Source of the DNA: Candidatus Nitrospinota bacterium M3_3B_026
GTDB lineage: Bacteria; Nitrospinota_A; UBA7883; JBPRGF01
Direction of reading: 5' to 3'
Assembly: GCA_051418015.1 (NCBI GenBank)
Contig: JBPRGF010000023.1
Location: 128,001-192,000, forward strand
DNA: 64,000 bases
The notes under the pieces are model-generated. The model saw only the letters and a list, made by a program, of their open reading frames with translations. It did no database searches and had not been told where the DNA came from. Made by a program: the position numbers and the translations under genes. Below are positions 36,056 through 46,612 of this stretch, piece by piece; the stretch's first letter is position 1, and each line of letters begins with the position of its first letter.

Positions 36056-36304
36056 GCCATAATCCCTTTCAGGCGATCCGCTCCCGGTCAGGATACCATA
36101 CGGACGGCGCAGGCGCCGTCTTTGGCCGTTGTCTCATTCGCTCATCCTCCTTCTCTCGTCCTCTCTTTCCTTCACGCCGCGCCGCCCCGCCGCGCTGATG
36201 GCTAATATAGGCCCTCCCGCCGCGGCCGGGAAGGGCTCCTGGAGGAAAAGGAGAAAAAGGAGAACGGGAAAAACCTGAAAAACGCGCCGCCGGGATTTTT
36301 TCAC

Positions 36305-36475
36305 TTCCTCCCCCTCGACGGGGGAGCTTTTGGCCTTATCCTCCCCCTGGACGGGGGAGGATTGAGGTGGGGGTGAATGATTTATTCATACACCCTCCCC
36401 TGTGTCCCCTCCCGTCAAGGGAGGGGATAAGGCCAACGGTCCCGCCGGGGCCTGACCTGAACGCAGTGAAGGGGC
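36305..36475. repeat. cluster of family B hairpins plus a family A fragment
   Basis: CTCCCCCTCGACGGGGGAG, CTCCCCCTGGACGGGGGAG, CCCCTCCCGTCAAGGGAGGGG; CCTGACCTGAACGCAGTGAAGGG. Confidence 0.7.
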
Positions 36476-36580
36476 GGACTCCGCCTTATAAAGGGGAAGA
36501 AACGCCCCTTGTCCGCGGCGGGAGGCTTGGTTATCATTAGCGGACGCCGCTTTTATCCACATTTTGAAGAGGACTTCGTC

Positions 36581-37150
36581 ATGGCGACATACATCAACGC
36601 GGGCCAGATCCGCTCAGGATACAAGATAATACTGGACGGCCAGCTCTGGCGGGTCATGGCCGTGGATCACGTCAAGCCCGGCAAAGGCGGCGCCTATGCC
36701 CAGCTGAAGCTGAGGAACGTCATCCAGGGCAACCAGACCGAGACGAGGCTGCGCACCGACGAGAAGGTGGAGCGGGCTGAGATGGAGCAGGTGGAGATGG
36801 AGTATCTTTACGAGGACCAGGCGGGCCTTTGCTTCATGAACACCTCCACCTACGAGCAGGTCTTTCTCGGGGGAAGCCTCGTGGAAGGGGTGAAGGAATA
36901 TCTTCTTTCGAACACCAAGGTGATGGTGGAGTACTACAATGGCGAGCCTATCGGCGTGGAGCCGCCGAGGGTGGTGGAGCTGGCCGTCACCGACACGGAG
37001 CCGGTCATGAAAACCGCCACAATAACAAGCACTCCCAAGCCGGCCACGCTGGAGACGGGCGTTGTTATAAACGTCCCCCAGTTCATAAACGTTGGCGACA
37101 GGGTGCGCGTGGACACCGTCGAGGGCAAATACATGGAAAGGGCTAAGTGA
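36581..37150 (+). CDS. efp: elongation factor P
   Basis: HVKPGKGGA, TYEQ, KPATLETG, VPQFI. Confidence 0.97.
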   Translation: MATYINAGQIRSGYKIILDGQLWRVMAVDHVKPGKGGAYAQLKLRNVIQGNQTETRLRTDEKVERAEMEQVEMEYLYEDQAGLCFMNTSTYEQVFLGGSLVEGVKEYLLSNTKVMVEYYNGEPIGVEPPRVVELAVTDTEPVMKTATITSTPKPATLETGVVINVPQFINVGDRVRVDTVEGKYMERAK

Positions 37151-37329
37151 GGCGCTCGCGCTTTCTTCGCGCGGCCCTCGCCCGCCGGGGAATGTCTCGC
37201 CGAATCCATCCCCCCGCCCCCTGACAGCCCCCGCCAGCCAGCCGAAAACCGGGGCTGTTTTCATCCTCTATTGTGAGGTCTGGCAGCGGTGTGTGATAAT
37301 AGCATACATATCGTGGCAAATTTATTGAC

Positions 37330-37361
37330 AAGTGGACCGATATAGATCGCCCACTTTTTTT
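37330..37361 (+). promoter_or_regulatory. rimP leader hairpin (terminator-like)
   Basis: AAGTGG...CGAT-ATAG-ATCG...CCACTT plus T-run immediately before the rimP RBS. Confidence 0.65.
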
Positions 37362-37377
37362 GTTTGGAGAAAGGCCG

Positions 37378-37842
37378 ATGGTGGCCGGGCAGGTGGAAAA
37401 GTTGCGGGAAATATTGGCGCCGGTGGCCCGTTCCGAGGGTGTGGAGCTTGTGGACGTGGAGCTTTCCGGCCGGCCGGCCGCGATGACGCTGCGGGTTGTC
37501 ATCGACAAAGAGGGCGGGGTGAGCGTGGAGGACTGCGCCAGTGTTTCGAGAAGCGCGGAGCTTGTGATCGAGGCGGAGGGGATGCTGGAAGGACCGTACA
37601 CGCTGGAGGTCACGTCCCCCGGGCTCACACGGCCGCTTAAAAAGCCGGCGGACTACATGCGCGCCATCGGCAGGCTGGCCGTTCTCCGGCTGCGCGAGCC
37701 CGTCGACGGGAGCAGGAGAATACTGGGAGTGATAGACAACGCCAACGAGACAGCGGTGACGATGACCTTGAAGGATGCGAAACAGGGTATCGTAATACCA
37801 TACGAAAACATAGCGAAAGCGAACCTGGAGATAGAGTTTTAA
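37378..37842 (+). CDS. rimP: ribosome maturation factor RimP
   Basis: LRVVIDKEGGVSVEDC, YTLEVTSPGLTRPL. Confidence 0.95.
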   Translation: MVAGQVEKLREILAPVARSEGVELVDVELSGRPAAMTLRVVIDKEGGVSVEDCASVSRSAELVIEAEGMLEGPYTLEVTSPGLTRPLKKPADYMRAIGRLAVLRLREPVDGSRRILGVIDNANETAVTMTLKDAKQGIVIPYENIAKANLEIEF

Positions 37843-37843
37843 C

Positions 37844-38995
37844 ATGTCAACGGAGTTGATGAACGCCCTCAAGATGGTGGCGGACGAGAAGTCCATAGAC
37901 ATAGGCGACCTCATCGCCACCATCGAAAGCGCCGTCGCCATAGCCGCCAGCAGACGCCTGGACAGGACCAACCTGGAGGCCAGGTTCGACAGCGAGAGGG
38001 GCGAGTTCGACTTGTACGAGATTCTGGAGGCCACCGACCATGTGGAGGACCCCGCGCTCCAGACACCCATCGCCGAGGCGCGAAAGATAGACCCCGCCGC
38101 CGGTGTCGGCTCCACGGTGCGCCGCCGCGTGGAGATGGAGGGCCTCGGCAGGATCGCGGCCCAGTCCGTGCGCCAGATGATCCGCAAGAAGGGAAAGGAG
38201 GCCGAGGCGCACCGCCTGTTTCTGACATACAGCGGCAGGATCGGCCAGATGGTCACTGGCAGGCTTTTGCGCAAGACCGACGGAGGCTACCTGTTCGACC
38301 TGGGAGACGCCGAGGGGGTTCTCCCCCCCTCCGAGCAGCTGATGACGGACCGTCTGGAGCGCGGCAGGGACGTGAGGCTTGTGGTAGCCGATGTCACCGA
38401 GGGCCGCAAGGAGCCCGTGATCGTCGTCTCGCGCTCGAGCCCGGCCCTTTTGCGCAGGCTGCTGGAGATGGAGACGCCGGAGATAGCGGAGGGGACCGTG
38501 GAGATAGCGGCCATCGCCCGCGACGCCGCCGGCAGGTCGAAGGTGGCCGTCCGGGGCGCGAAAAAGGACGTGGACGCCGTGGGCGCGCTCATCGGCGTGC
38601 GCGGCGGGAGGATACAGCCGATCGTAAGGGAGCTTTCGGGGGAGAAGATCGACGTCTTCGCCTGGAGCGACGACCCGAAAAAGCTGATCACCGCCGCCCT
38701 CACCCCCGCGAAGGACGCCAAGGTCATCCTCGACAAGGCCGGGCGCAGGGCGGACGTCATCGTCCCCGACGAGCAGTTGTCGCCGGCCATAGGCAAAAAG
38801 GGCGTGAACGTGAAGCTGGCCGTCAAGCTCACGAGGTGGGAGCTGGACGTCATGAGCCAGAAGGAATACGAGGAGAAACAGAAAAGGCTGGCCGGACTCG
38901 CCGCGGAGAAGAAAACCGGCGCTGAAGAAAAGGATAACGCCCCAAAGCGGGGCGCCGATGAGGCCCCGGCGGAGGACAAGGGAGAAAACGGATAA
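37844..38995 (+). CDS. nusA: transcription factor NusA
   Basis: GRIAAQ, S1 domain, ARDAAGRSKVAV, GEKIDV, AIGKKGVNVKLA. Confidence 0.96.
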   Translation: MSTELMNALKMVADEKSIDIGDLIATIESAVAIAASRRLDRTNLEARFDSERGEFDLYEILEATDHVEDPALQTPIAEARKIDPAAGVGSTVRRRVEMEGLGRIAAQSVRQMIRKKGKEAEAHRLFLTYSGRIGQMVTGRLLRKTDGGYLFDLGDAEGVLPPSEQLMTDRLERGRDVRLVVADVTEGRKEPVIVVSRSSPALLRRLLEMETPEIAEGTVEIAAIARDAAGRSKVAVRGAKKDVDAVGALIGVRGGRIQPIVRELSGEKIDVFAWSDDPKKLITAALTPAKDAKVILDKAGRRADVIVPDEQLSPAIGKKGVNVKLAVKLTRWELDVMSQKEYEEKQKRLAGLAAEKKTGAEEKDNAPKRGADEAPAEDKGENG

Positions 38996-39079
38996 CGGCG
39001 GGGCGCTTTTGCCTTGATTCCCGGACAAGGCGGATGAAACACGAGCCAAGGCGCCATGAAACATGGTCATCGATAAAAC

Positions 39080-39310
39080 ATCCTCTCCCTTGAAGGGGGA
39101 GGATCGGGTGGGAGTAATGTTAATTATACCCCCTCCCGCCCGGCGGCGGACCCCCCCCTGTGAAAGGGGGAGAAAAAAGCAGGCTCCGGAGCCTTCTCTC
39201 AAAAACCCTCCCGCCGGGAGAGGGGATTTACAATGTCATGCTGAAACGAGTTCAAGGCGCCAGCAAGGCCGTCGCGGGAGCGCGCAGGCTTCGGACCTCA
39301 ACCTGAAAAA
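39080..39310. repeat. family B hairpin cluster in the nusA-infB gap
   Basis: TCCTCTCCCTTGAAGGGGGAGGA, CCCCCCTGTGAAAGGGGG, CCCTCCCGCCGGGAGAGGGG. Confidence 0.65.
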
Positions 39311-39501
39311 ATCCCGCCGGGGGAGGGAAAATTAAAAGAACTTATCCGGGAATCGGCGCCCGGGGCGCATGTCCAGCTTCAATTCGGGCATGTTACGTGA
39401 TAACATTAAAAATTTAATCCGGAGGCATCCTTTCCGGCGGCGATGAATGTTTCGGCGCTCCGGGGATTTAAGGCTGTTTTTCAAAGTTTAAGGAAAAGGA
39501 C

Positions 39502-42009
39502 TTGTCAGGAATCAGGGTACACGAGATAGCGAAGGAGACCGGGATACCGAGCAAGAAGCTGATAGAAGTTCTCAGCGCCATGGGATACCCGGTCAAGAGC
39601 CACTCCAGCTCCATAGACAGCCACTTGGCGGACCGGCTGCGCAAGCAGGTGAAGAAGATGGGCCTGCTGGAAAAAGCCGGGAAAAAGCCCAAAAAGGCGA
39701 AACCCGCCGCCGCGAAAAAGACCGCCAAACCCGCCGCCGCTAAAAAGACCGCCAAACCCGCCGCAAAAATGGCCGGGCCCGTCGCGAATAAAAAAGCCCC
39801 GTCCAAAAAAGCGCCGGCGGAAAAAGAAAAGGCCGCGGAAGAGAAAAAGACTCCCGTAAAGGCCGCGCCGGTAAAAAAAGAGGAAAAACCGAAGGAAAAG
39901 CAGGCCCCGCCGAGCGCCGAAAAAGAGGAGCTTAAAAAGCGCGAGGAGGAGAAAGCGGCGAGGGAGGCCGCCGCCCGCCGCCGCGAGGAGGCCGAGCGCA
40001 AGAGGCTTCAGGCCGAGAGGGAGCGCAAACGCCAGGAGCAGCGCGAGAGGGAGCAGAGCGAGGCCCGCAAGAGAAAAAAGGAACAGGAGAAAAAGCGCAA
40101 GGAGGAAGAGAAAAAGCGCGAGGAAGCCGAGAGGGAGCGCAAACGCCGCGAAAGAGAGGAACGCGAGGCCCGAAGGCGCAGGGAGCAGGAAGAGCGTGAA
40201 ATCCAACGCCTGATCGACGAGGAGGAGCGGGAAAAACGCGAGGCGGAGCGGCGCCGCATAGTCATAGACGAGGCCACCACCGTCAAGGAGATGGCCGAGA
40301 AGCTGCGGGTCGGGGTGAACGACATAATAAGCAAGCTGATCGGAAAGGGCATCATGGCCACCCTGAACCAGTCCATCGACACCGGCGTGGCCAAGGAACT
40401 CGCCCAGGAGATGGGCTACGAGATCGTCACCCGCGAGGAGGAAGAGACCGAGGAGGCTGTCGAGGAGATCGAGGACAAGGAAAAACTCCAGCCCCGCGCC
40501 CCCGTGGTCACCATCATGGGGCACGTCGACCACGGCAAGACCTCCCTGCTGGACACAATAAGAAAGACCCGCGTCACGGAGGAGGAGGCCGGCGGCATCA
40601 CCCAGCGGATCGGCGCCTACAAGGTGAAGATCGGGAACGGCGCCGTGGTCTTCCTGGACACCCCCGGCCACGAGGCGTTCACCACCATGCGCTCCCGCGG
40701 CGCGGCGGTGACGGACATCGTGGTGCTGGTGGTGGCGGCCGACGACGGCGTGAAACCCCAGACCGTGGAGGCGATCCACCACGCCAGGGCGGCGGGTGTG
40801 CCCGTTCTGGTGGCCGTGAACAAGATTGACAAACCCGGCGCGAACCCGGACAAGGTCAAGCAGGAGCTGACCGCCCACGACCTTGTCCCCGAGCAATGGG
40901 GCGGGGAGACGATTTTCTGCGAGGTGTCGGCCAAGGAGAACATCGGAACAGAAAACCTGCTGGAGATGCTTTCCTTGCAGTCGGAGATACTGGAACTGAA
41001 AGCCAACCCCGACCGTCCGGCTTTCGGGGCGGTGGTGGAGTCCAAGCTGGACAAGGGCCGCGGCCCCGTGGCCACGGTGCTGATCCAGAAAGGGACGCTG
41101 AAAGTGGGTGACCCCTTCGTGGCGGGGCTGAGCGACGGCAAGGTCCGCGCCATGATAGACGACAAGGGGCACAGGATAGACGCGGCCGGCCCCTCCACGC
41201 CCGTGGAGGTGCTGGGATTCTCCCGGGTGCCCGAGGCGGGGGAAAGCTTCATGGTGGTGGAAAGCGACCGCAAGGCCAGCCAGCTCGCCCAGGCGCGCCA
41301 GCGCCAGGCCAGGGAAAGCGGTCTCACCTCCAAGGGCCACGTGAAGCTGGAGAGCCTGCACGCCCAGATAACCAAGGGGGAGGTGAAGGACCTGAACATA
41401 GTCATAAAGGCCGACACCCAGGGCTCCATAGAGGCTATAAGCAAGGCCCTGGAGGACATACATGTGGAGTCGGTGCGCATAAAGATCCTGCACGCCGCCG
41501 CGGGCGGGATCACCGAGACGGACATAGGCCTTGCCGACGCATCGGACGCCATCGTCATAGGGTTCAACGTCCGCCCCACGGAGAAGGCCAGGGCCCAGGC
41601 CCAAGAGCAGGGTGTGGACGTTCGCCTTTATAGCGTCATCTACAACGCGATAGACGACATCAGGGCGGCTCTCGAAGGAATGCTGGAGCCTGAGTACGAG
41701 GAGAAAGTCACCGGCAGGGCGCAGGTCCGCGAGATATTCAAGATCAGCCGCGTCGGGACGATAGCGGGGTGCATGGTCCTCTCCGGCAAGATCAGCCGCG
41801 GAAGCCAGGTCCGGCTCGTCAGGGACGACGTCGTTATCTACACGGGAAAGATAGACTCCCTCAAAAGGTTCAAGGAGGACGCGAAAGAGGTGGCGACGGG
41901 GTACGAGTGCGGCGTGGGGCTGGAAAACTACGACGACATGAAAATATCCGACGTTATCGAAACGTTCGTCGTGGAGCCCGTTCCGCGCAAGGCCGCCGCG
42001 GGGGCCTGA
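39502..42009 (+). CDS. infB: translation initiation factor IF-2
   Basis: TTG start; [36 protein letters not shown]. Confidence 0.98.
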   Translation: MSGIRVHEIAKETGIPSKKLIEVLSAMGYPVKSHSSSIDSHLADRLRKQVKKMGLLEKAGKKPKKAKPAAAKKTAKPAAAKKTAKPAAKMAGPVANKKAPSKKAPAEKEKAAEEKKTPVKAAPVKKEEKPKEKQAPPSAEKEELKKREEEKAAREAAARRREEAERKRLQAERERKRQEQREREQSEARKRKKEQEKKRKEEEKKREEAERERKRREREEREARRRREQEEREIQRLIDEEEREKREAERRRIVIDEATTVKEMAEKLRVGVNDIISKLIGKGIMATLNQSIDTGVAKELAQEMGYEIVTREEEETEEAVEEIEDKEKLQPRAPVVTIMGHVDHGKTSLLDTIRKTRVTEEEAGGITQRIGAYKVKIGNGAVVFLDTPGHEAFTTMRSRGAAVTDIVVLVVAADDGVKPQTVEAIHHARAAGVPVLVAVNKIDKPGANPDKVKQELTAHDLVPEQWGGETIFCEVSAKENIGTENLLEMLSLQSEILELKANPDRPAFGAVVESKLDKGRGPVATVLIQKGTLKVGDPFVAGLSDGKVRAMIDDKGHRIDAAGPSTPVEVLGFSRVPEAGESFMVVESDRKASQLAQARQRQARESGLTSKGHVKLESLHAQITKGEVKDLNIVIKADTQGSIEAISKALEDIHVESVRIKILHAAAGGITETDIGLADASDAIVIGFNVRPTEKARAQAQEQGVDVRLYSVIYNAIDDIRAALEGMLEPEYEEKVTGRAQVREIFKISRVGTIAGCMVLSGKISRGSQVRLVRDDVVIYTGKIDSLKRFKEDAKEVATGYECGVGLENYDDMKISDVIETFVVEPVPRKAAAGA
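39700..39769 (+). repeat. 27-bp in-frame tandem repeat (KPAAAKKTA) in the IF-2 N-terminus
   Basis: AAACCCGCCGCCGCNAAAAAGACCGCC twice plus a partial third copy. Confidence 0.85.
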
Positions 42010-42056
42010 GCTTTCCCGTTTCGTGAAAACGTTCTCCGCGCGCCCTTTCGACGAGA

Positions 42057-42914
42057 ATGAAACCAGCCCCCAGCAGGCCGAGGGAATATAGATACAAGGG
42101 GCTAAGGCTCCCCTTCAACAGGCCCCTGGTCATGGGGATCGTCAACGTCACGCCGGACTCCTTCTCCGACGGCGGGCTGTTCATGGAGCCGGACGCCGCG
42201 GCGCGTCTCGCGGAAAAGTTCGCCGAGGACGGGGCGGATATCCTGGACATCGGCGGCGAATCCACCCGCCCCGGAGCAGAGCCCGTTTCGGCGGACGATG
42301 AGAAAAAAAGAGTCATCCCAGTCATAAGGCGGATCGTCCGCCGCCTCCCGAAAATCCCCGTATCCATAGACTCCCTCAAGCCGGAGGTGGTCAGAGAAGC
42401 CCTCGCCGAAGGGGCGGCGATGATAAACGACGTCGGTGGGCTTCGCGACCCTGGCATGATGGAGCTTGCGGCGGAGTCGGGCGCGCCCGTCGTCATCACC
42501 CACATGAAAGGCACTCCCCGGACGATGCAGCGCCGCCCGGCCTACCGCGACGTCGTGGAGACGATCCTCTCCTTTTTCAAGGAAAGGACAAAGGCCTGCC
42601 GCAAGGCCGGGGTGGAGAAGATAATCCTCGATCCCGGCATAGGCTTCGGCAAGACGGCGAGGCACAACCTCCAGATCATAAACAGGCTGGACAGGATAAC
42701 GCGCCTCGGCTATCCGGTCATGGTTGGAGCGTCCAGGAAATCTTTTATCGGAAAAACCCTCGGCCTGCCCGTGGACGAGAGAGAAGAGGCCACCATCGCC
42801 GTCAACGTCCTGGCCGTGGCGAAGGGCGCGTCCATCGTGAGGGTCCACGGCGTAAAAGCGAACGCCAGGGCCGTCAGGATGGCGTGGAGCGTTTTGAAGG
42901 AAAAACGCCCGTAG
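42057..42914 (+). CDS. folP: dihydropteroate synthase
   Basis: MGIVNVTPDSFSDGG, GGESTRPG, DPGIGFGK, SRKSFI, RVH. Confidence 0.97.
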   Translation: MKPAPSRPREYRYKGLRLPFNRPLVMGIVNVTPDSFSDGGLFMEPDAAARLAEKFAEDGADILDIGGESTRPGAEPVSADDEKKRVIPVIRRIVRRLPKIPVSIDSLKPEVVREALAEGAAMINDVGGLRDPGMMELAAESGAPVVITHMKGTPRTMQRRPAYRDVVETILSFFKERTKACRKAGVEKIILDPGIGFGKTARHNLQIINRLDRITRLGYPVMVGASRKSFIGKTLGLPVDEREEATIAVNVLAVAKGASIVRVHGVKANARAVRMAWSVLKEKRP

Positions 42915-42968
42915 GAGGCGCGCCGGGCCTTTCGCGCCCAAGGCCGTCCATACCGTCCGGTTTCCCTG

Positions 42969-43433
42969 CTACTGGCCCGCCTTCAGCTCCTTCAACAGCG
43001 CGTCCACCTCGGCGTGGATGGTGGCGGCTTTCCGGCGCGCCTCGTCGCTGAGAGACTCGTCACCGGCCATGTATCTCATCAGGTAAAGAGACCTGGAAAG
43101 TTCGGAGCCGATGAGGAGCTTTTTCGTTTCGCCTCCGCCGTCCGCGGCGGCTTTGGGCGAGGCGGCCAGATCGGCGAGCTTGCGGTCCAGCTCCGTCAAC
43201 CTCGATTTCAGCGATTTGACGGTCGGAGGATAGCTTTTCTCGAGGACGCTCAGCCTGTCATCCATGTTGAGATACACCATGGATATAAACCCCAGGGCGA
43301 ATATCCCCGCCAGAAGGCCAAGAAGAGCCACGACCCTCGAAAGCTGAAAACGGGTGTTGAGATCCGCGACGCTCCCCGCTTCTCTCGCGGGGTCCGAAGC
43401 GCCCGTCTCGGAGGTGTTTTCCGTCTCTGTCAT
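42969..43433 (-). CDS. hypothetical single-TM coiled-coil protein
   Basis: One hydrophobic helix followed by heptad-like sequence. Confidence 0.65.
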   Translation of the reverse strand: MTETENTSETGASDPAREAGSVADLNTRFQLSRVVALLGLLAGIFALGFISMVYLNMDDRLSVLEKSYPPTVKSLKSRLTELDRKLADLAASPKAAADGGGETKKLLIGSELSRSLYLMRYMAGDESLSDEARRKAATIHAEVDALLKELKAGQ

Positions 43434-43648
43434 GAGCATCTCCGCGGAAAAATGTTTCGCCGGTAAATCAGGACTCAAAGACCTTCCGGATTATAAGAGG
43501 CCCCGCGCCGCCGATTCAAGCGATAAATCCCCCCGCGAGTCCGCGGCCGTGGCGTCACGATGCGCCGAGCCCGGGATATTTTTGACTCATCTGTCTAAAA
43601 ATATTACAATTGCCAGGAACATTGGCCACTCCCGGAAGGCTGACCGAT

Positions 43649-45013
43649 ATGGAACACATACCCCCGTTCCGGGGACTGGCGGGAGAGACCGTCAGGCTGT
43701 TTGTAAGGCCCGGAACCCTCTTCACCGTTGTCCCGGCCCTCGTCGTAACCATCATCTTGACCGCCGCGGGGTTTTTCATCGCGGATTCGGTGGGCGTTCC
43801 CGACGTCTTCGGCCTGGTGATAAGCGCCGCCGCCATCTCCCCCGTCCTGGGCGCTTACGGGATGGCCGCCCGTCACGGCGACCTCGAAAGCGGCGTGATG
43901 AACATCCTCTCGAACCCGGCGGAGATATTCTCGTTCGCGGCCCGTTACAGCGCCCTCACCGTGATCTGGGGGGTTCCGGCCTCGTTCGCCGCCTTGTGGC
44001 TGATGAAAAAGAACGTCAGTTTCGACCTTGTGGCAGGCGGCGGCCCGAACGTCTTCAGCGCCCTCGGTCTTGTCGCGTTGCTGTTGCTTATCGCGCTTAT
44101 GCCCGTCTTCACGCTGATCGTCAGCCTGGCGGCGGAGACGATCGGGGAAGCCGTCGCGCCCGGCCCGTGGGGATGGCTTTTCGTCGAGAGGCGCGAGGAC
44201 CTGCCCGCCTTTTTCGCCTCCTATTTCGGGGGTATGGCTCTTTTCTTCATAATCATGGTTCCCATCCTTCTCGTCATCACGGCTGTCCTGTTCATGGTCA
44301 GCTTCCGGGCAGGGCTGGCGGCCGCCGGGGCGGCCTACGTCATCCCCTTCGCCGGAGCGCCCGTCCTGCTTGGCAGGCTGGCGGGATCGTTCGTCGCCGC
44401 CGAGGAGTCCGGCCCCGTGGAGGCTGGCGGGGCGGCGCCGGGGGGCGCGCTGACGGACATCAAGGACGACTTCTCTATAAAAAGGGCGGTGGAGCAAATC
44501 AGCCAAAAGGCCGAGACGGACATCATCACCGCGATCAGGGAGGCCGAGGAGCTGCGCGCCTCGCACCAGGACAACCCCGTCGTGCTGGCGGAGCTGAGCA
44601 GGCTGTACATGAAAAAGGGCGAGGGGGAGAACGCCCTGCTGACCGGGAGGGTCGCCGTCAGCCGCGCCCTGGCGATGGGGTTGAACGACGAGGCGGTCAA
44701 AACGTTCCAGGCCCTCGGGAAGCTCCGGGGCAAGCTCAAGCTCGAGGCCAAGGAGTTCGAAAAGCTCGCCAGGAGCTTTGTGCCCCGGGGCATGTTCGAC
44801 GAGGCGGTCTGGTGTTTCCGCGCCAGCGCCGCCTCGGGAGGGGACAAGATCAGGATACAGAAAGGGATCATCTCCGTTGCGGAGGCGGCCGCCCGGGCGG
44901 GGAACGCGAAAAAGGCAATGGCGGTTTACGCCTTTTTCATAAAGAGCTTTCCGGATTCGGAGTTCCTGGGGTATTGCAAAAACGAGTACAAAAAGCTCAA
45001 CGCCGGCAAGTAG
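43649..45013 (+). CDS. multi-TM membrane protein with C-terminal TPR-like domain
   Basis: About 6 TM segments, then helical repeats ending FIKSFPDSEF. Confidence 0.75.
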   Translation: MEHIPPFRGLAGETVRLFVRPGTLFTVVPALVVTIILTAAGFFIADSVGVPDVFGLVISAAAISPVLGAYGMAARHGDLESGVMNILSNPAEIFSFAARYSALTVIWGVPASFAALWLMKKNVSFDLVAGGGPNVFSALGLVALLLLIALMPVFTLIVSLAAETIGEAVAPGPWGWLFVERREDLPAFFASYFGGMALFFIIMVPILLVITAVLFMVSFRAGLAAAGAAYVIPFAGAPVLLGRLAGSFVAAEESGPVEAGGAAPGGALTDIKDDFSIKRAVEQISQKAETDIITAIREAEELRASHQDNPVVLAELSRLYMKKGEGENALLTGRVAVSRALAMGLNDEAVKTFQALGKLRGKLKLEAKEFEKLARSFVPRGMFDEAVWCFRASAASGGDKIRIQKGIISVAEAAARAGNAKKAMAVYAFFIKSFPDSEFLGYCKNEYKKLNAGK

Positions 45014-45031
45014 ACCCCTGCGCCGGACAGG

Positions 45032-45751
45032 CTACGAGAAGACCATGACGAACCCCACGGCCAGCAGCAGCGCGTGGACGATCTTCCTGAAGGACTCCTG
45101 GTCCACCCTGTCGTAGAGCGCCGCGCCGGAAAACGCCCCCAGCGCCACAAAGGGGGCCAGGATCAAAAACCACGAGACCGTCTTCATCGACGAGACGCCC
45201 GCCATGGCGTGGGCGGCGACGATTATCACCTGGTTGATGATGAAAAACCCGGTCAGGGTGGCCTTGAAGCTGTCCCCGCCCCAGCCACGCAGCGAGCCGT
45301 AGATGACGACCGGCGGGCCGCCTGTGTTTATCGCCCCGCTGAAAAAACCCGACAGAAAACCGAAGACATAGCCCGCCCTCTCGTTCATGGCGACTTCCAG
45401 ATCCTTCGCGAAAAGGGCGAACAGCGAGTAGACGACAAGGATGAAGCCCAGGATCAGCCTTATGATAGTCTCATCGTGGCTCACGAGGATATACAGCCCC
45501 AACGGTATCCCCGGCAGCGCTCCCGCCGCCAGGCGCAGAATCCGCCCGCCATCCATGTCCCGCCACGTCTTCACCGTCATGAAGACAAGCAGCGCCAGGG
45601 CGACAAGCGCTACAAGCGGTATCGCCTTTTTCACCCCCAGCAGGAGTGTAAGAAGAGGCACGGCGACCATCCCGGCGCCGAACCCCGTCAGACCCTGTAT
45701 GAGGCCCGCGGCGAAAACCACCAGGACGGCGAGCGTGATCTGAGCAGTCAT
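45032..45751 (-). CDS. TauE/SafE-family (sulfite exporter-like) membrane protein
   Basis: AGLIQGLTGFGAG, GAINTGGPP. Confidence 0.88.
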   Translation of the reverse strand: MTAQITLAVLVVFAAGLIQGLTGFGAGMVAVPLLTLLLGVKKAIPLVALVALALLVFMTVKTWRDMDGGRILRLAAGALPGIPLGLYILVSHDETIIRLILGFILVVYSLFALFAKDLEVAMNERAGYVFGFLSGFFSGAINTGGPPVVIYGSLRGWGGDSFKATLTGFFIINQVIIVAAHAMAGVSSMKTVSWFLILAPFVALGAFSGAALYDRVDQESFRKIVHALLLAVGFVMVFS

Positions 45752-45811
45752 GGGCGGAAAAAAAGCGGAGGGGAAGCTCGCCGCGAAGGCGATGTGTGGC
45801 GGAGCCGCGCT

Positions 45812-46612
45812 TTACGGCCCATTCATCCCTTTCCTGACGGATTTTACGAATCTTTCGAGGCCGCGGACGGCGGCGGCGGTGTTTTTCGCTTCTCTTATCA
45901 CCCGGATGGCCTGCGAGCCTATGACTATGCCGTCGGCCTTCCCCGCAAGCTCCCTGGCCTGCTCCGGCCCGGTGACGCCGAACCCGGCGACGACCGGAAG
46001 CCTCGACACCTTTTTAAGCCTCGATAGCCCCCTGGCCGCCTCCCTGGGGACGGCGGACTGCTTGCCCGTTATGCCGCGGACGTTGATGTAATAGACAAAC
46101 CCCGTCGACCTGGCGGCGATCTTTTTAAGACGCCTGTCCGTGGAGGTGGGCGCGGCGAGGATTGTGTAATCGAGCCCCGACCGGCGAGCCGCCGGGCGAA
46201 ACTGTTCCGCCTCGTCCACGGGGACGTCAGGCAGGATCAGCCCATCCACACCCGCAGAGGCGCTCTCCTTCATGAACTTTTCAACGCCGCGCCGCAGGAC
46301 AAGGTTGGCCGACAGCATGAAAACCAGCGGGACATCGCTCCTTTTTCGTATCGCCCGGACAACCCCGAGGGTTTTATCCAGGTTGGCCCCCTTTTTGATG
46401 GCTCTCTGGAAGGACTCCTGGATCACGGGCCCGTCCGCCAGCGGGTCGGAGAAGGGGACGCCGATCTCGACTATGTCCGCCCCGGCTTCGTGGGCGGCCA
46501 CGGCCAGGTCGGCCGTCGCCTTCAGGCCGGGATCACCGGCGGGGAGGAATATCACCAGCGCCTTGCGCCTGTCCTCCCTCAGCCTCGCGAAGGTTTTTTG
46601 GATTCCGCTCAT
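45812..46612 (-). CDS. trpA: tryptophan synthase alpha chain
   Basis: [30 protein letters not shown]. Confidence 0.97.
   Translation of the reverse strand: MSGIQKTFARLREDRRKALVIFLPAGDPGLKATADLAVAAHEAGADIVEIGVPFSDPLADGPVIQESFQRAIKKGANLDKTLGVVRAIRKRSDVPLVFMLSANLVLRRGVEKFMKESASAGVDGLILPDVPVDEAEQFRPAARRSGLDYTILAAPTSTDRRLKKIAARSTGFVYYINVRGITGKQSAVPREAARGLSRLKKVSRLPVVAGFGVTGPEQARELAGKADGIVIGSQAIRVIREAKNTAAAVRGLERFVKSVRKGMNGP

Noticed and set aside
36305..36430. CRISPR array
   Set aside because: Repeats are degenerate hairpins without constant spacing or unique spacers; no cas genes.
37314..37329. Sigma-54-like TGGCAAATTTATTGAC before rimP
   Set aside because: Lacks the invariant GC at -12.
39063..39335. 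90-aa ORF between nusA and infB as ylxR
   Set aside because: No YlxR motifs; it is translated repeat sequence.
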